Source of the DNA: Chthonomonadales bacterium
Lineage (GTDB): Bacteria; Armatimonadota; Chthonomonadetes; Chthonomonadales; CAJBBX01
Assembly (NCBI GenBank): GCA_013360745.1
Contig: JABWBA010000006.1
Coordinates: forward strand, 8,308-72,307
Direction: 5' to 3'
Length of the DNA stretch: 64,000 nt
Shown: piece after piece, positions 8,128 through 17,034 of the stretch
How the letters are laid out: every line of letters begins with the position of its first letter
Numbering within the stretch: position 1 is the first letter of the stretch
Position numbers and translations under genes: made by a program
The notes under the pieces: model-generated
The model's database searches: none
Told to the model about the DNA's origin: nothing
The model's input: only the letters and a program-made list of their open reading frames with translations

Positions 8128-10437
8128 TTATCGCTTCGATGCCGTCTCCTTTCGGGCGCTAGAGTCCGCCGTCGCTGCCGGGCGAAGGATCTCATAGGGG
8201 ATGGCCGGCAGACAACCAAGCGGTGCGAGGCGGGACGCCTGCTGTCGACGCGCCGGTCCGCCGGCTTCCCTGCGGATGAAGAGGTTCGCGATCAGGTTGC
8301 CGCGATCTCCGACTCTGGCCTTCTTCGGATCCGCTCGCAGAACCAGCGTGCCGCCGCTGCCCGTGATCTCCGATTTCTCGATGGTGATGCCGGGCGGCGG
8401 CTCGTCGAGTTCAACCACGATGGACTGGACTAGCGGGCCCGCGATTCGCCCGATCTCGACCGTCGCGGTTCCGCCAACCGGTATGCGGATCGGGCTCTCC
8501 GCATCGAACGCAGTGGGTGGACGGGTGAACGCGCGGCCTGTCACATCGACGAGACAGTCGTTATAGGCGACGAGGTGGGTATAGGCGAAGGCTTGCATCC
8601 TCTCGTCGGCGGGGATCGCGGTTCGGCGTATCGTCTTACCCGCGATCGTGGCTCTCCCTTCGAGAGTCAAACGTGTCAGCTCGGTGATCTCGCTGGACGG
8701 CGCCGCAGTCAGGGTCATACGAACGCTGTCCTGCGCCTCCGGCACCCGGGCTCCGCTGAGCGAAAAGCCCTCCGGCGCCCCCGTCAGAGCCAGATCCACC
8801 GCACCCTTGAACCCGTCTCGGCGGATGACGTGGACGGTCACGGGCACGCTCTGACCGGCCCTCAGGGCGATGCTCGCCGGGGTAAACCGAAGGTCGAAGT
8901 CGGGTTCCGGAGGGCTCACCCGGAGGCGGTAGGCGTGGGTGGCGCCCCCTTGCCCCTGGCTATCGGCAACGCGGAGATAGTACGCGCCCGTCTTCGGCAG
9001 CGTTGCGACAAACCACGGATCGGCCTGATGGGTGATCAAGCCCGCGGTCGGGTCCGTGCAGTCATCTGCGAAGGCGAGCCGTCGGCCTGCGGCGTCGGTG
9101 AGCGTCAGCGTGGCGTCGAGCGGGGAGCCCAGGCGCCGGGCGACGATCTCCGCGGCGATCCTCTGACCCTTTGAGCCATGGATTACGTAGACGTCCGTGT
9201 CACCCGGTCTAACGATCCTGCCGTTGGCGATGATGGGCAATGTCGCCCGCTGCGCCGCTCGGGTTGTGTCGTTCGGCTCCTTCTCCATCGCTTCCGGAAG
9301 GTTGTCTACCCGGTAGGAGGTCTGGCTGCATCTGGGTCCGCCCGGCATCACCGAGACCGTACGCACCCCGGGCGCGCTGGCGTCCAGCGACAGGGTCTTG
9401 GTTGGAAGGTTCCAGCCGACCAGCTCGGCTCGGGCCGTGGCCCCGCGGCGCACGCCCAGCGGGAAGATCCCTTCGAGGAACGGCAGTTCGCCGAGAGCGA
9501 TGCGATAGACGAAGTCTTCTCGCCCACGGTAGATCGAATCCCGTATCTCCAGGATGTACTCGCCGTCGGCGGGAATGCGCACCCGGAGAACCGGGTCGGG
9601 CCGAAACTCCCAATCGTCGTCATAGGCGACCTCCCGACCGGCCTTGTCGGTAATCCGGGCGACCGCCTGGAACCAGCCGGGAACGGCGTCGGCGAGGTAG
9701 GGGACGATCTCCCGCGCGCTGACGGCCGCTACGAGCTGCATCCCTCTGGCGGCCTTGAAGACAAAGCGATCAAGGTCCCCGGGGGTGATCTGTCCGTTGA
9801 TGACGACGGGCAGGCGGTCGCCGATCGCCGTATCGGGCAGCACTTGATTGGGCTCGATTTCGGCGACCTCCGGCAGTGTGCCGACAAAGAACCGAATGGG
9901 ATTAGTCAGGCCCAATCGGGTATGGAGCCGCAGCTCGCGCATGCCCGGTTGTGCGTTGGACGAGACCCGGATTTTGACGCTGACCTGTTCCTGTATCTGC
10001 GGGTTGAGCTGCCGTTTCGGGTCCGTGCGGTTTCTGCGGGCTTCTTCGAGCTTCCGGAGCTGGTCATCGGTGATGCCGGCCTCGCGGGCGAGCTCCTGAA
10101 TGCGCATCTGCTCCCCACGACGCAGTCCGAGACCGCGGGCGTTGGGGTAGAGCTTCTTCTGGGCCTCTTCGAGCCGTTGGCGGAGCCTCGTCGCTTCGCC
10201 GGCCGTCAGTGGCCGATCGTAGCCCACTACCTCCGCTTCGATTCCCTCGCCGGAGATCAGCGCCGATACTGCGCCCGCGAGCGTCTGTCCGCCGACGACG
10301 ACGTTGACGACGCTGCCCTGCTGTGCGCCAGCCGGGTAGACATAGCCGATCTCGGGTTTTCGGGCGGGCTGCTGAGCCGACGCAAGGCCCTCCCAGAGCG
10401 CCATAAGGACAAGAACCGCGAGGCTGTTCCGTCTCAT
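8128..10437 (-). CDS. secreted protein with two pre-peptidase C-terminal (PPC)-like domains
   Basis: Same frame as ORF 8128..10464. The ATG at 10437 gives the signal peptide MRRNSLAVLVLMALWEGLASAQQ. There are two copies of the PPC signature: EIEPNQVL...INGQITPGDLDRFVF and EKEPNDTTRAAQ...ANGRIVRPGDTDVYVI. Only 1 nt separates it from the DUF1501 stop. Confidence 0.7.
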   Translation of the reverse strand: MRRNSLAVLVLMALWEGLASAQQPARKPEIGYVYPAGAQQGSVVNVVVGGQTLAGAVSALISGEGIEAEVVGYDRPLTAGEATRLRQRLEEAQKKLYPNARGLGLRRGEQMRIQELAREAGITDDQLRKLEEARRNRTDPKRQLNPQIQEQVSVKIRVSSNAQPGMRELRLHTRLGLTNPIRFFVGTLPEVAEIEPNQVLPDTAIGDRLPVVINGQITPGDLDRFVFKAARGMQLVAAVSAREIVPYLADAVPGWFQAVARITDKAGREVAYDDDWEFRPDPVLRVRIPADGEYILEIRDSIYRGREDFVYRIALGELPFLEGIFPLGVRRGATARAELVGWNLPTKTLSLDASAPGVRTVSVMPGGPRCSQTSYRVDNLPEAMEKEPNDTTRAAQRATLPIIANGRIVRPGDTDVYVIHGSKGQRIAAEIVARRLGSPLDATLTLTDAAGRRLAFADDCTDPTAGLITHQADPWFVATLPKTGAYYLRVADSQGQGGATHAYRLRVSPPEPDFDLRFTPASIALRAGQSVPVTVHVIRRDGFKGAVDLALTGAPEGFSLSGARVPEAQDSVRMTLTAAPSSEITELTRLTLEGRATIAGKTIRRTAIPADERMQAFAYTHLVAYNDCLVDVTGRAFTRPPTAFDAESPIRIPVGGTATVEIGRIAGPLVQSIVVELDEPPPGITIEKSEITGSGGTLVLRADPKKARVGDRGNLIANLFIRREAGGPARRQQASRLAPLGCLPAIPYEILRPAATADSSARKETASKR

Positions 10438-10438
10438 C

Positions 10439-11782
10439 TTACATGATCTCAGCGAGGTGGCCATAGGTCTTGATCCCCTCCGATGTCGCGGGCGCGACCC
10501 GGACGTCGAGCCCCTGGGGATGGGGCAGCGGGCCGTCGGGATCGATACCCATGAGCATGTACATGCTCCGGAGCACGTCGGCAGGGTGCACAGGCCGGTT
10601 CGCGACCTCCGATCCGGTCGCGTCCGACGCGCCTACCACCTGACCGCCCCGGAATCCGCCGCCGGCGACGAGCGCGGAAAAGACGCTGCCCCAGTGGCCC
10701 CGACCGCCGTTCCAGGGCGCTTCCCACTGCACTCTCGGCGTTCTTCCGAACTCGCCGCACCACCACACAATCGTGCTGTCCAGCAGCCCGCGATCGGACA
10801 GGTCCTGGATGAGGGTCGCCACGCCCCGGTCCATCTCGGGGAGTTTGCGGCGCATCGTCTCAAAATGGCTCTTGTGCGTGTCCCAGCCCTGATAATTGAT
10901 CGTGACGAAGGGGACGCCTTGCTCCACCAGGCGCCGCGCCATTAGGCACGACTGCCCGAACGTGCTCCGTCCGTACCGCGCTCTCAGATCGTCCTTCTCC
11001 TGGCTCAGATCGAAGATCTTGCGCCCCTCGCCGAGGATCAGATCGTAGGCCGCCGCTTCGCATTCGCCCAGCGCAACGATCCTCGGGTCGTCCTTCAAGG
11101 TGACCGCCAGAGTGTCCAGCTTCCGTCGGAGCTCCCGACGTTCTGCTTGCTGCGGGTCGGTGATCCCCTGGGCCACCACGCCCTCGACGACGAAGCGGGG
11201 TTGGTTCGGGTCGCCGCCGGTCGCGAAGGGTTTGGCGCGCGTGCCGAGGAATCCCGACTCGGAGAACCGTCCCTGAAGCTGGGTCAGAACCATGTACGGC
11301 GGTATCAGGCCCTTGTATCCTGCCTCATAGCCTTTGAACAGGGAGACGACGGCGCCGATGCCCGGGTAGACGATCCGACCGCCTGGCATTCGTCCGGTCT
11401 GTGTGATATAGGAGGCGGTCTCGTGGCCGTTGTTCTCGTGGGTCAGGCTGCGAATCAGCGAGTACTTATCGGCGATCTTACCGAGCTCGGGCAAGAGTTC
11501 GCCGATCCGGATACCGGAGACGCTGGTCTCGATCGGTGCGGTGAGAGGGCCGGTGTACTCGGCGCCGGCGCCCGGTTTTGGGTCGAACGTGTCGATATGG
11601 CACGGCCCTCCCCAGACCCAGATCTGGATCACCGAACGGGCCTTGCCGGGCAGGCCGGCTGCCGCCCGAGGTTCGACGGCGTACGCGAGGCCAGACGGCC
11701 AGACGGCGGCGGCCGCAGCCGAGGCGATCCCGGCTTTCAATGCGTCACGACGGGTTAATGTCGCTGGTTGATCATTGCCCAT
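10439..11782 (-). CDS. DUF1501 domain protein (sulfatase-like fold, Tat signal)
   Basis: 447 aa. Tat signal LTRRDALKAGIASAAAAAV. The VWGGPCHIDTFDPKP and WDTH motifs are typical of DUF1501. AGGAGGG SD lies 6-7 nt upstream of the ATG. Confidence 0.85.
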   Translation of the reverse strand: MGNDQPATLTRRDALKAGIASAAAAAVWPSGLAYAVEPRAAAGLPGKARSVIQIWVWGGPCHIDTFDPKPGAGAEYTGPLTAPIETSVSGIRIGELLPELGKIADKYSLIRSLTHENNGHETASYITQTGRMPGGRIVYPGIGAVVSLFKGYEAGYKGLIPPYMVLTQLQGRFSESGFLGTRAKPFATGGDPNQPRFVVEGVVAQGITDPQQAERRELRRKLDTLAVTLKDDPRIVALGECEAAAYDLILGEGRKIFDLSQEKDDLRARYGRSTFGQSCLMARRLVEQGVPFVTINYQGWDTHKSHFETMRRKLPEMDRGVATLIQDLSDRGLLDSTIVWWCGEFGRTPRVQWEAPWNGGRGHWGSVFSALVAGGGFRGGQVVGASDATGSEVANRPVHPADVLRSMYMLMGIDPDGPLPHPQGLDVRVAPATSEGIKTYGHLAEIM

Positions 11783-11828
11783 GGCAGATCCCTCCTGGGG
11801 CGTTGGCGGTGCACGGTGCGAGATGGTC

Positions 11829-13379
11829 TCAATGGCGATACTGGAACTCCGCCGTATTGATCAGGGCCCAGGCGAGCGTCAGACCTCCGTCCTGAGCCGA
11901 TCGCTGGCTGCGGAGCAGCGGGACCACGATCTCCCGCTCTGCGTCGGTTGGATAGCGGGAGAGAATCGTCAGATAGAGCGTATCCGCCAGCGCGGGAGGC
12001 TGTCGATTCGATGCCAACAGGGATCGGATCTGCATTGAGCGAGCGATCTTCTGCTGGATATGGCTGGAGTTGAGCATGTGGAGCTGCTGGGCTGCAGTCG
12101 GGCTGGAGTTGCGCTCTGCCAGAAGGCCTGTGTCGCGCGCCGGGCGGCCGAAAAGATCGAGGAACGAGCTGCCGATGCTCCCATCGGCGAGCGATACGGT
12201 CCGCTGGTTCTCCGGCACGAACGTGTAGGGCTCTGGGATCGCACTGGAGTAGGTCTCCGTTGAGCCGGTGATGAGGTTGACCGCGTCGATGAGGACCTCC
12301 GCTTCCAGCCTGCGGATCGGATAGTAGGCGAACACGGCCTCGGCCTTCGGATGTCCTGTTCGTGGGATCGAGGCGAGCTGGTACGTCGCTGAGTTCAGGA
12401 TCAGGCTCAGCATCGCTCTGGTATCCCATTTCAGGACAGCGTATTGTCGTTCGAGCCACGAAAGGAGCGCCGGGTTGGACGGCGGGTTGTCCGGTCGGAT
12501 GTCGTCCGCCTCATGGATGATCCCTCGCCCGAACAACCAGCTCCAGAGCCGATTCACCGCACAGCGCGCCATCCACGGATTGCCCGGGGCCAGCAGCCAA
12601 TCGACGAACGCAATCCGAGGATCCGCGCCCGATGCCGCCGTCGCGCTCCGTCCATCGGGGAACGTCGGCTTGATCCCTTTGAGCCCGGCGGATCGGACGG
12701 TGGGGTCGAAGTGAACGATCTCCTCTTTCCACTCACCGGTCCCCTTATAGGCGACGTGCTGGAAGAAGCAGGCCATGCCCTGGAGCCTTTTCCGGGGCCA
12801 CTTCTCGGCGCGGGCGCCCATGAACGTCAGAGCGACGGCTCGGGCAAGGCTCTCGGGATCACGGTTCTGGACCGCGCGGTAGAAGTTGACCTGAGGTGTC
12901 CTGAAATTGCTGCCCGAGGAGGTCAGCAGCTCCCGAACGAACCGATCATAGGGCACGTTCCGCTGCAGCGCATCATATACCCAGCGATGGTAGGCCTGGA
13001 CCGCGTTGGGCCAGAGGTTGATGGGGAACTCCGACTTGATCCGGAGCACATCGCCCCAGTGCAGCGCCCAGTAATCCGCGTACTCGGGACGGCCCAGAAC
13101 CGCCTCGATCAGCTTCGAACGCTTGTCGGGCGAACGATCGTCAAGGAACGCCCGGGCCTCCCGAGCGGACGGCAAGATGCCGAGGATATCGAGGAAGACT
13201 CTCCGGACGAACACCCCGTCGGAGCAGGGGCGCGCAGGGGTAATCCCGAGCTCCTTCCATCGGGCGAACGCCAGCTCATCGAGTTTGCCCTTCGCTCGCG
13301 GTTCGTCGTTGGATTCGTACGGACCGGGCGGTCGCGCCGGCGCCGCGCCGTTATCGGCGAGCGCGTTGACGTTTACCAT
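11829..13379 (-). CDS. DUF1549/DUF1553 domain protein (PSD1-type)
   Basis: Same frame as ORF 11829..13403. I chose ATG 13379, which follows GGAGGG 5 nt upstream. The segment VFVRRVFLDILGILPSAREARAFLDDRSPDKRSKLIEAVLGRPEYADYWALHWGDVLR is the DUF1549 signature, and a DUF1553-like C-terminal half follows. I did not see an N-terminal cytochrome/lectin module or signal peptide. Confidence 0.8.
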   Translation of the reverse strand: MVNVNALADNGAAPARPPGPYESNDEPRAKGKLDELAFARWKELGITPARPCSDGVFVRRVFLDILGILPSAREARAFLDDRSPDKRSKLIEAVLGRPEYADYWALHWGDVLRIKSEFPINLWPNAVQAYHRWVYDALQRNVPYDRFVRELLTSSGSNFRTPQVNFYRAVQNRDPESLARAVALTFMGARAEKWPRKRLQGMACFFQHVAYKGTGEWKEEIVHFDPTVRSAGLKGIKPTFPDGRSATAASGADPRIAFVDWLLAPGNPWMARCAVNRLWSWLFGRGIIHEADDIRPDNPPSNPALLSWLERQYAVLKWDTRAMLSLILNSATYQLASIPRTGHPKAEAVFAYYPIRRLEAEVLIDAVNLITGSTETYSSAIPEPYTFVPENQRTVSLADGSIGSSFLDLFGRPARDTGLLAERNSSPTAAQQLHMLNSSHIQQKIARSMQIRSLLASNRQPPALADTLYLTILSRYPTDAEREIVVPLLRSQRSAQDGGLTLAWALINTAEFQYRH

Positions 13380-13521
13380 GCGAGTCCCTCCGCGGCGGCG
13401 CACACTCCACAGCGGTTCTACGTCCGCCGCCGTTCCATGTTATTTTAGACGGCGTTGGCAGGCTGAAGTTCAGCCCGTGCTACCATATTCCACCGTTTCC
13501 TGCCATCAGGAGGACAGAGCA

Positions 13522-14394
13522 TTGGGATTTCGCCCGACCCATCCACGCGTCGCCTATCGCCTGGCGGGGCTCATCTGGCTTCTCGTCACGACCTCCGTCT
13601 ACGGCCAGACGGAGAGTCCGCGCGAGTGGTTTCCCGTATGCGTGGGCATGGATTACGCCCGAGTCACGGCGGAGGCGCCTCGGCCGCTCCGTTTCCACTT
13701 CCTCCGGATCGATCTGAAAGCCCCGGGAATCTCTTTCCTGTCCACCCCGAAGGCGCCCGATAGCCGAGCCCATACCGTAGGGATGTTGACGAGCACGTTT
13801 CTCCGCACCTATGACCTTCAGGCGGCCATCAACGCGGCTCCGTTCGGCCCGATTTACAAGGACGAAGGCAAACCGGTATCGATCGTTGGTCTGACGATCT
13901 CCGAAGGAACGCAGGTCTCCCCGCCGACGAATCTGCCCGTGCTGGCTCTCACGCGGCAGAACGAGGCGAGCATCCTGGAACCGCCGTTCAAACTCGACGG
14001 GATCTATACCGCCGTAGCGGGTTTCAGCGTCGTACTGCGGGATGGCGTCGTCGTTGGGAAGAAGGACGCCCTCCATCCCAGGACCGCGGCTGGTGTGTCC
14101 CGAGACGGCAAGACCCTGTGGTTGATGGTGGTGGATGGCCGTCAACCGGGCTATAGCGAAGGCCTGACGTCGGCGGAGATCGGCGCATGGCTCCTCGCCG
14201 CTGGAGCGTGGAACGGGATCAACCTCGATGGAGGCGGCACCAGCGATATGGTCATCGAAGACGCCCAGAGGACTCCCCGGATCATGAACCTGCCGATCAA
14301 CGGCGGACTGCCCGGGCATGAGCGGGTCGCCGGCAGCCATCTGGGCGTCCGCGCTCAGCGGCTTCCCGATGGCCCCCGCCTGCCCATTCCCTGA
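13522..14394 (+). CDS. phosphodiester glycosidase family protein (DUF2233 / NAGPA-like)
   Basis: Same frame as ORF 13123..14394. I moved the start to TTG 13522, which follows AGGAGGA (13508-13514). Signal/anchor RLAGLIWLLVTTSVYGQ. The segments HPRTAAGVSRDGKTLWLMVVDGRQPGYSEGLT and INLDGGGTS are typical of the family. Confidence 0.7.
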   Translation: MGFRPTHPRVAYRLAGLIWLLVTTSVYGQTESPREWFPVCVGMDYARVTAEAPRPLRFHFLRIDLKAPGISFLSTPKAPDSRAHTVGMLTSTFLRTYDLQAAINAAPFGPIYKDEGKPVSIVGLTISEGTQVSPPTNLPVLALTRQNEASILEPPFKLDGIYTAVAGFSVVLRDGVVVGKKDALHPRTAAGVSRDGKTLWLMVVDGRQPGYSEGLTSAEIGAWLLAAGAWNGINLDGGGTSDMVIEDAQRTPRIMNLPINGGLPGHERVAGSHLGVRAQRLPDGPRLPIP

Positions 14395-15530
14395 CGGTCC
14401 GCACCACAGATCGCTGTAATGATCGCCGCGGCGGCGTCGGGGCGTCCAGCCGCGCGCGCGGCGGCAGCCATCGTCATCAGCCGGGTCTCATCGCCAAGAA
14501 TGGCCTGTATGAGATCGCGCAGTTCCTGCCGGTTGCCGGCGGCGGCGCCGGCCCCGATCTCGTCCAGATAGGCTCCGTTGTCGTCCTCCTGACCCGGGAT
14601 CGAGAGCGGCCTGTAGACGACGAGCGGTACGCCCAGCGCCAGAGCCTCCGACAGCGTGATGCCGCCCGGTTTGCCGACAATCAGATCCGCCGCGGCGAGA
14701 TGGCGGAGAAAGCGCTCGTGCGGGACGTATCCATGGACGGTGATCCGGGGCGAGGCGGACCGAGCTCGATCCATCGCCGTTCGGCACGCGCGCAGGGCAT
14801 GGGGATTGCGTCCGCAGACGACGTCCAGATCGGTCGGATCGGGGAGATCGGCGAGCGCACGGAGGACGTCGGGGAGCGGGCCTGCGCCGATCCCGCCCGC
14901 CATGACCAGGATCCTTCGGCCCGATTCGGCGAGGCCGAGCTGCCGACGGACGGCCGCTCTTGGCGGCAGCGCTCCGCACTCAGGATCGATCGGTATGCCG
15001 GTGACCTGTGTACGCTCTCCAGAGCCCGGCAACCGCTTGTCCAGTAGTTCCAGGGTCCGGGCGGCAGGCACGAAGAACCGATCGGGCTCGCCCCGGAGCC
15101 ACATGCGGTGGGGATGCAGATCGGTGATCACCACGGCCATCCCGGGCCGGCGCAGGCGTCGCCGGATTCGTGCCAGTCGCGGCTGCGCGACGGAATGGAC
15201 GCATAGCGCCCAGTCCGGGTCGATCTGTCGGATCAACCGTTCCATCCGTCCGAGGCAGAGCAGATCCAATCCCGTTTGGATCGCGTAGAACAGGCCGGGA
15301 CGATCCGAACGCCGATACAGACTCCCCCAGAGGCTCGGGGCGTGGCGCACCAGGCCCTCGTAGCCACCCTGGAACCAGAGCCGGAACCACCGCGGGGCGA
15401 GGTCCAGCGCATCGACGAGGACGGAGGGTACGCCCAGCGCCGCACAGGCTTTCTCGAGCGATCGCGCCGCGCTCCGATGCCCGTCCCCCGCGGCGGCGGT
15501 CAGGATCAGGATGGGAGCCGTGCGACTCAT
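14355..15530 (-). CDS. MGDG-synthase-like (GT28-type) diacylglycerol glycosyltransferase
   Basis: Same frame as ORF 14355..15578. ATG 15530 overlaps the upstream stop (ATGA at 15527-15530). N-terminus MSRTAPILILTAAAGDGHRSAARSLEKA, plus the C-terminal GT-B motifs GKPGGITLSEALALGVPLVVY. Confidence 0.75.
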   Translation of the reverse strand: MSRTAPILILTAAAGDGHRSAARSLEKACAALGVPSVLVDALDLAPRWFRLWFQGGYEGLVRHAPSLWGSLYRRSDRPGLFYAIQTGLDLLCLGRMERLIRQIDPDWALCVHSVAQPRLARIRRRLRRPGMAVVITDLHPHRMWLRGEPDRFFVPAARTLELLDKRLPGSGERTQVTGIPIDPECGALPPRAAVRRQLGLAESGRRILVMAGGIGAGPLPDVLRALADLPDPTDLDVVCGRNPHALRACRTAMDRARSASPRITVHGYVPHERFLRHLAAADLIVGKPGGITLSEALALGVPLVVYRPLSIPGQEDDNGAYLDEIGAGAAAGNRQELRDLIQAILGDETRLMTMAAAARAAGRPDAAAAIITAICGADRQGMGRRGPSGSR

Positions 15531-16486
15531 CGCCTGGCCTCGATCCGCGCGCGATGCCACCGCTGCAGCAGCACGCACTGGAGGTTCACCCAGAGCATGA
15601 AGAGCACATAGAGGATGCCCGGAATCGAGCGGATTCGAACGAAGACCGCGAGAAGGGGCAGGTGCAGGAGAAGCCCGACGACGTGCGTTACCTCCGATAC
15701 CCGGGTCTGGGCCTCGAAAGCCGCGAGGTCCCCCCGGCCTCGTACGAAGCCGCGACCGGTTTCCGATGCGCCTCCCGTCGCCGACGCACCGAACAGAGCC
15801 CGGACAAAGGCGCGGAACGGTCGTACGCCGAGGCGACGATAGAGTCGATCACTCTCGAGTGGCCACGGCCCGAACCATCGGCCGGCTCCGCGCGTTCGCA
15901 GAATCGGCGGCAGGCTGATCAGTTGCGGCCGCCACGTATCCGTGAGGCTCAGCGAACGGCTCGTGATCCCCCGAGCGCTCAACAGGGCGTCCGCTCGGGC
16001 CCGTTTGTACCGTTCCAGAGGGATGCATAGCGCATGGGGCGTAAGGAGGACGGTGACGTACAGCGCAGGGATGTGAAGGCCAAGGGCGATGAGCCAGATG
16101 GGCAGCGGCGCGTATACGGCCAGGGCGATGAGGTTGACGATCTCATGGTATCGGGATCGGGCATAGATTCGGAGAAGGTCTTCTGCCGCATGGTCGGGCG
16201 CGTGGGTCGGCCTCTGGATCTGCGCGCTCCCGGTCGGCTGTGCGGTGCCGATCGCATCCGCAGCCTCCGCCCCCGCGTCGCCGATCCGGAGCGGAAGGCG
16301 CTCTCCGAACAGGGCAGCCACCAGAGCGAAGAGAGGGCGGAGGCCCATACGCTCATAGAATGCGCCGTCGCGCTCCCACGCCCGCAGAGTGGTCCAGCCA
16401 TCGACGAATCGGCCGAAACCCGCCCTGTTTTGATCCGACACGCCCCTCTGTTGGTCTGTCCTCGCCTTCGGTTCGTCCTGCATCAC
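15527..16486 (-). CDS. polytopic membrane protein made of two tandem CrtO-like (glycosyl-4,4'-diaponeurosporenoate acyltransferase-like) modules
   Basis: 319 aa. Half 1: RAWERDGAFYERMGLRPLF...RYHEIVNLIAL...LERYKRARAD. Half 2: WPLESDRLYRRLGVRPFRAF...VSEVTHVVGLL...LQRWHRARIE. The pattern matches, from memory, the W..E..G..Y / E..H / QRYNRPR layout of CrtO-type acyltransferases. Confidence 0.55.
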   Translation of the reverse strand: MMQDEPKARTDQQRGVSDQNRAGFGRFVDGWTTLRAWERDGAFYERMGLRPLFALVAALFGERLPLRIGDAGAEAADAIGTAQPTGSAQIQRPTHAPDHAAEDLLRIYARSRYHEIVNLIALAVYAPLPIWLIALGLHIPALYVTVLLTPHALCIPLERYKRARADALLSARGITSRSLSLTDTWRPQLISLPPILRTRGAGRWFGPWPLESDRLYRRLGVRPFRAFVRALFGASATGGASETGRGFVRGRGDLAAFEAQTRVSEVTHVVGLLLHLPLLAVFVRIRSIPGILYVLFMLWVNLQCVLLQRWHRARIEARR

Positions 16487-16532
16487 AGCCGCATCGGAGC
16501 GGCAGCCGGATCGGCTCCCGCCCGTCCTCGCA

Positions 16533-16859
16533 TCATCGATCGAGCAGACCCGCCGGGATTACGATGGTATCGCCGGTATGAGCCGCTTCAGCGTCCCTCG
16601 CGACGGCGCTGCCCGCTGGAACGGTCATCTCGATGACCCGGTCGCGGCGTCGGGCCTTGATGCGCACCTTCTCCCCTGTACGCCGGACCTCAACAAGCCG
16701 AACCTCGGCGGACCTATCCGTTCGTTGTGCCGCAGCCTCCGATCTTCTGGATGGCGCCGACATCCACCACCATATCATGACGGCAACGACCATAACGATG
16801 CTGCTGTATAGCAGGATGCCGACCCAGGGCGCCATACCGCCGCTGCCCGGAACCCCCAT
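16533..16859 (-). CDS. small single-pass membrane protein (hypothetical)
   Basis: This is the downstream part of ORF 16533..17120. ATG 16859 gives MGVPGSGGMAPWVGILLYSSIVMVVAVMIWWW (one TM) plus a basic soluble tail. The upstream 87 codons are Arg/Ser-rich and look non-coding. Confidence 0.35.
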   Translation of the reverse strand: MGVPGSGGMAPWVGILLYSSIVMVVAVMIWWWMSAPSRRSEAAAQRTDRSAEVRLVEVRRTGEKVRIKARRRDRVIEMTVPAGSAVARDAEAAHTGDTIVIPAGLLDR

Positions 16860-17034
16860 ATAGACCTGAGCGAGCCGAGCGCCTCGGTGTACTTGATGGC
16901 TGCCGCTCCGGTGTGAGCGCCGCCTCGGGCTGCGGTTCGATGAGCGTCGATGCCCATGGTTGGTCGAGGTGTTCTCGGAACCGGTCGAAGGTTCCTCAGA
17001 TGGGCGAGAAGATGAACGCCGCGACGAACGCCGT

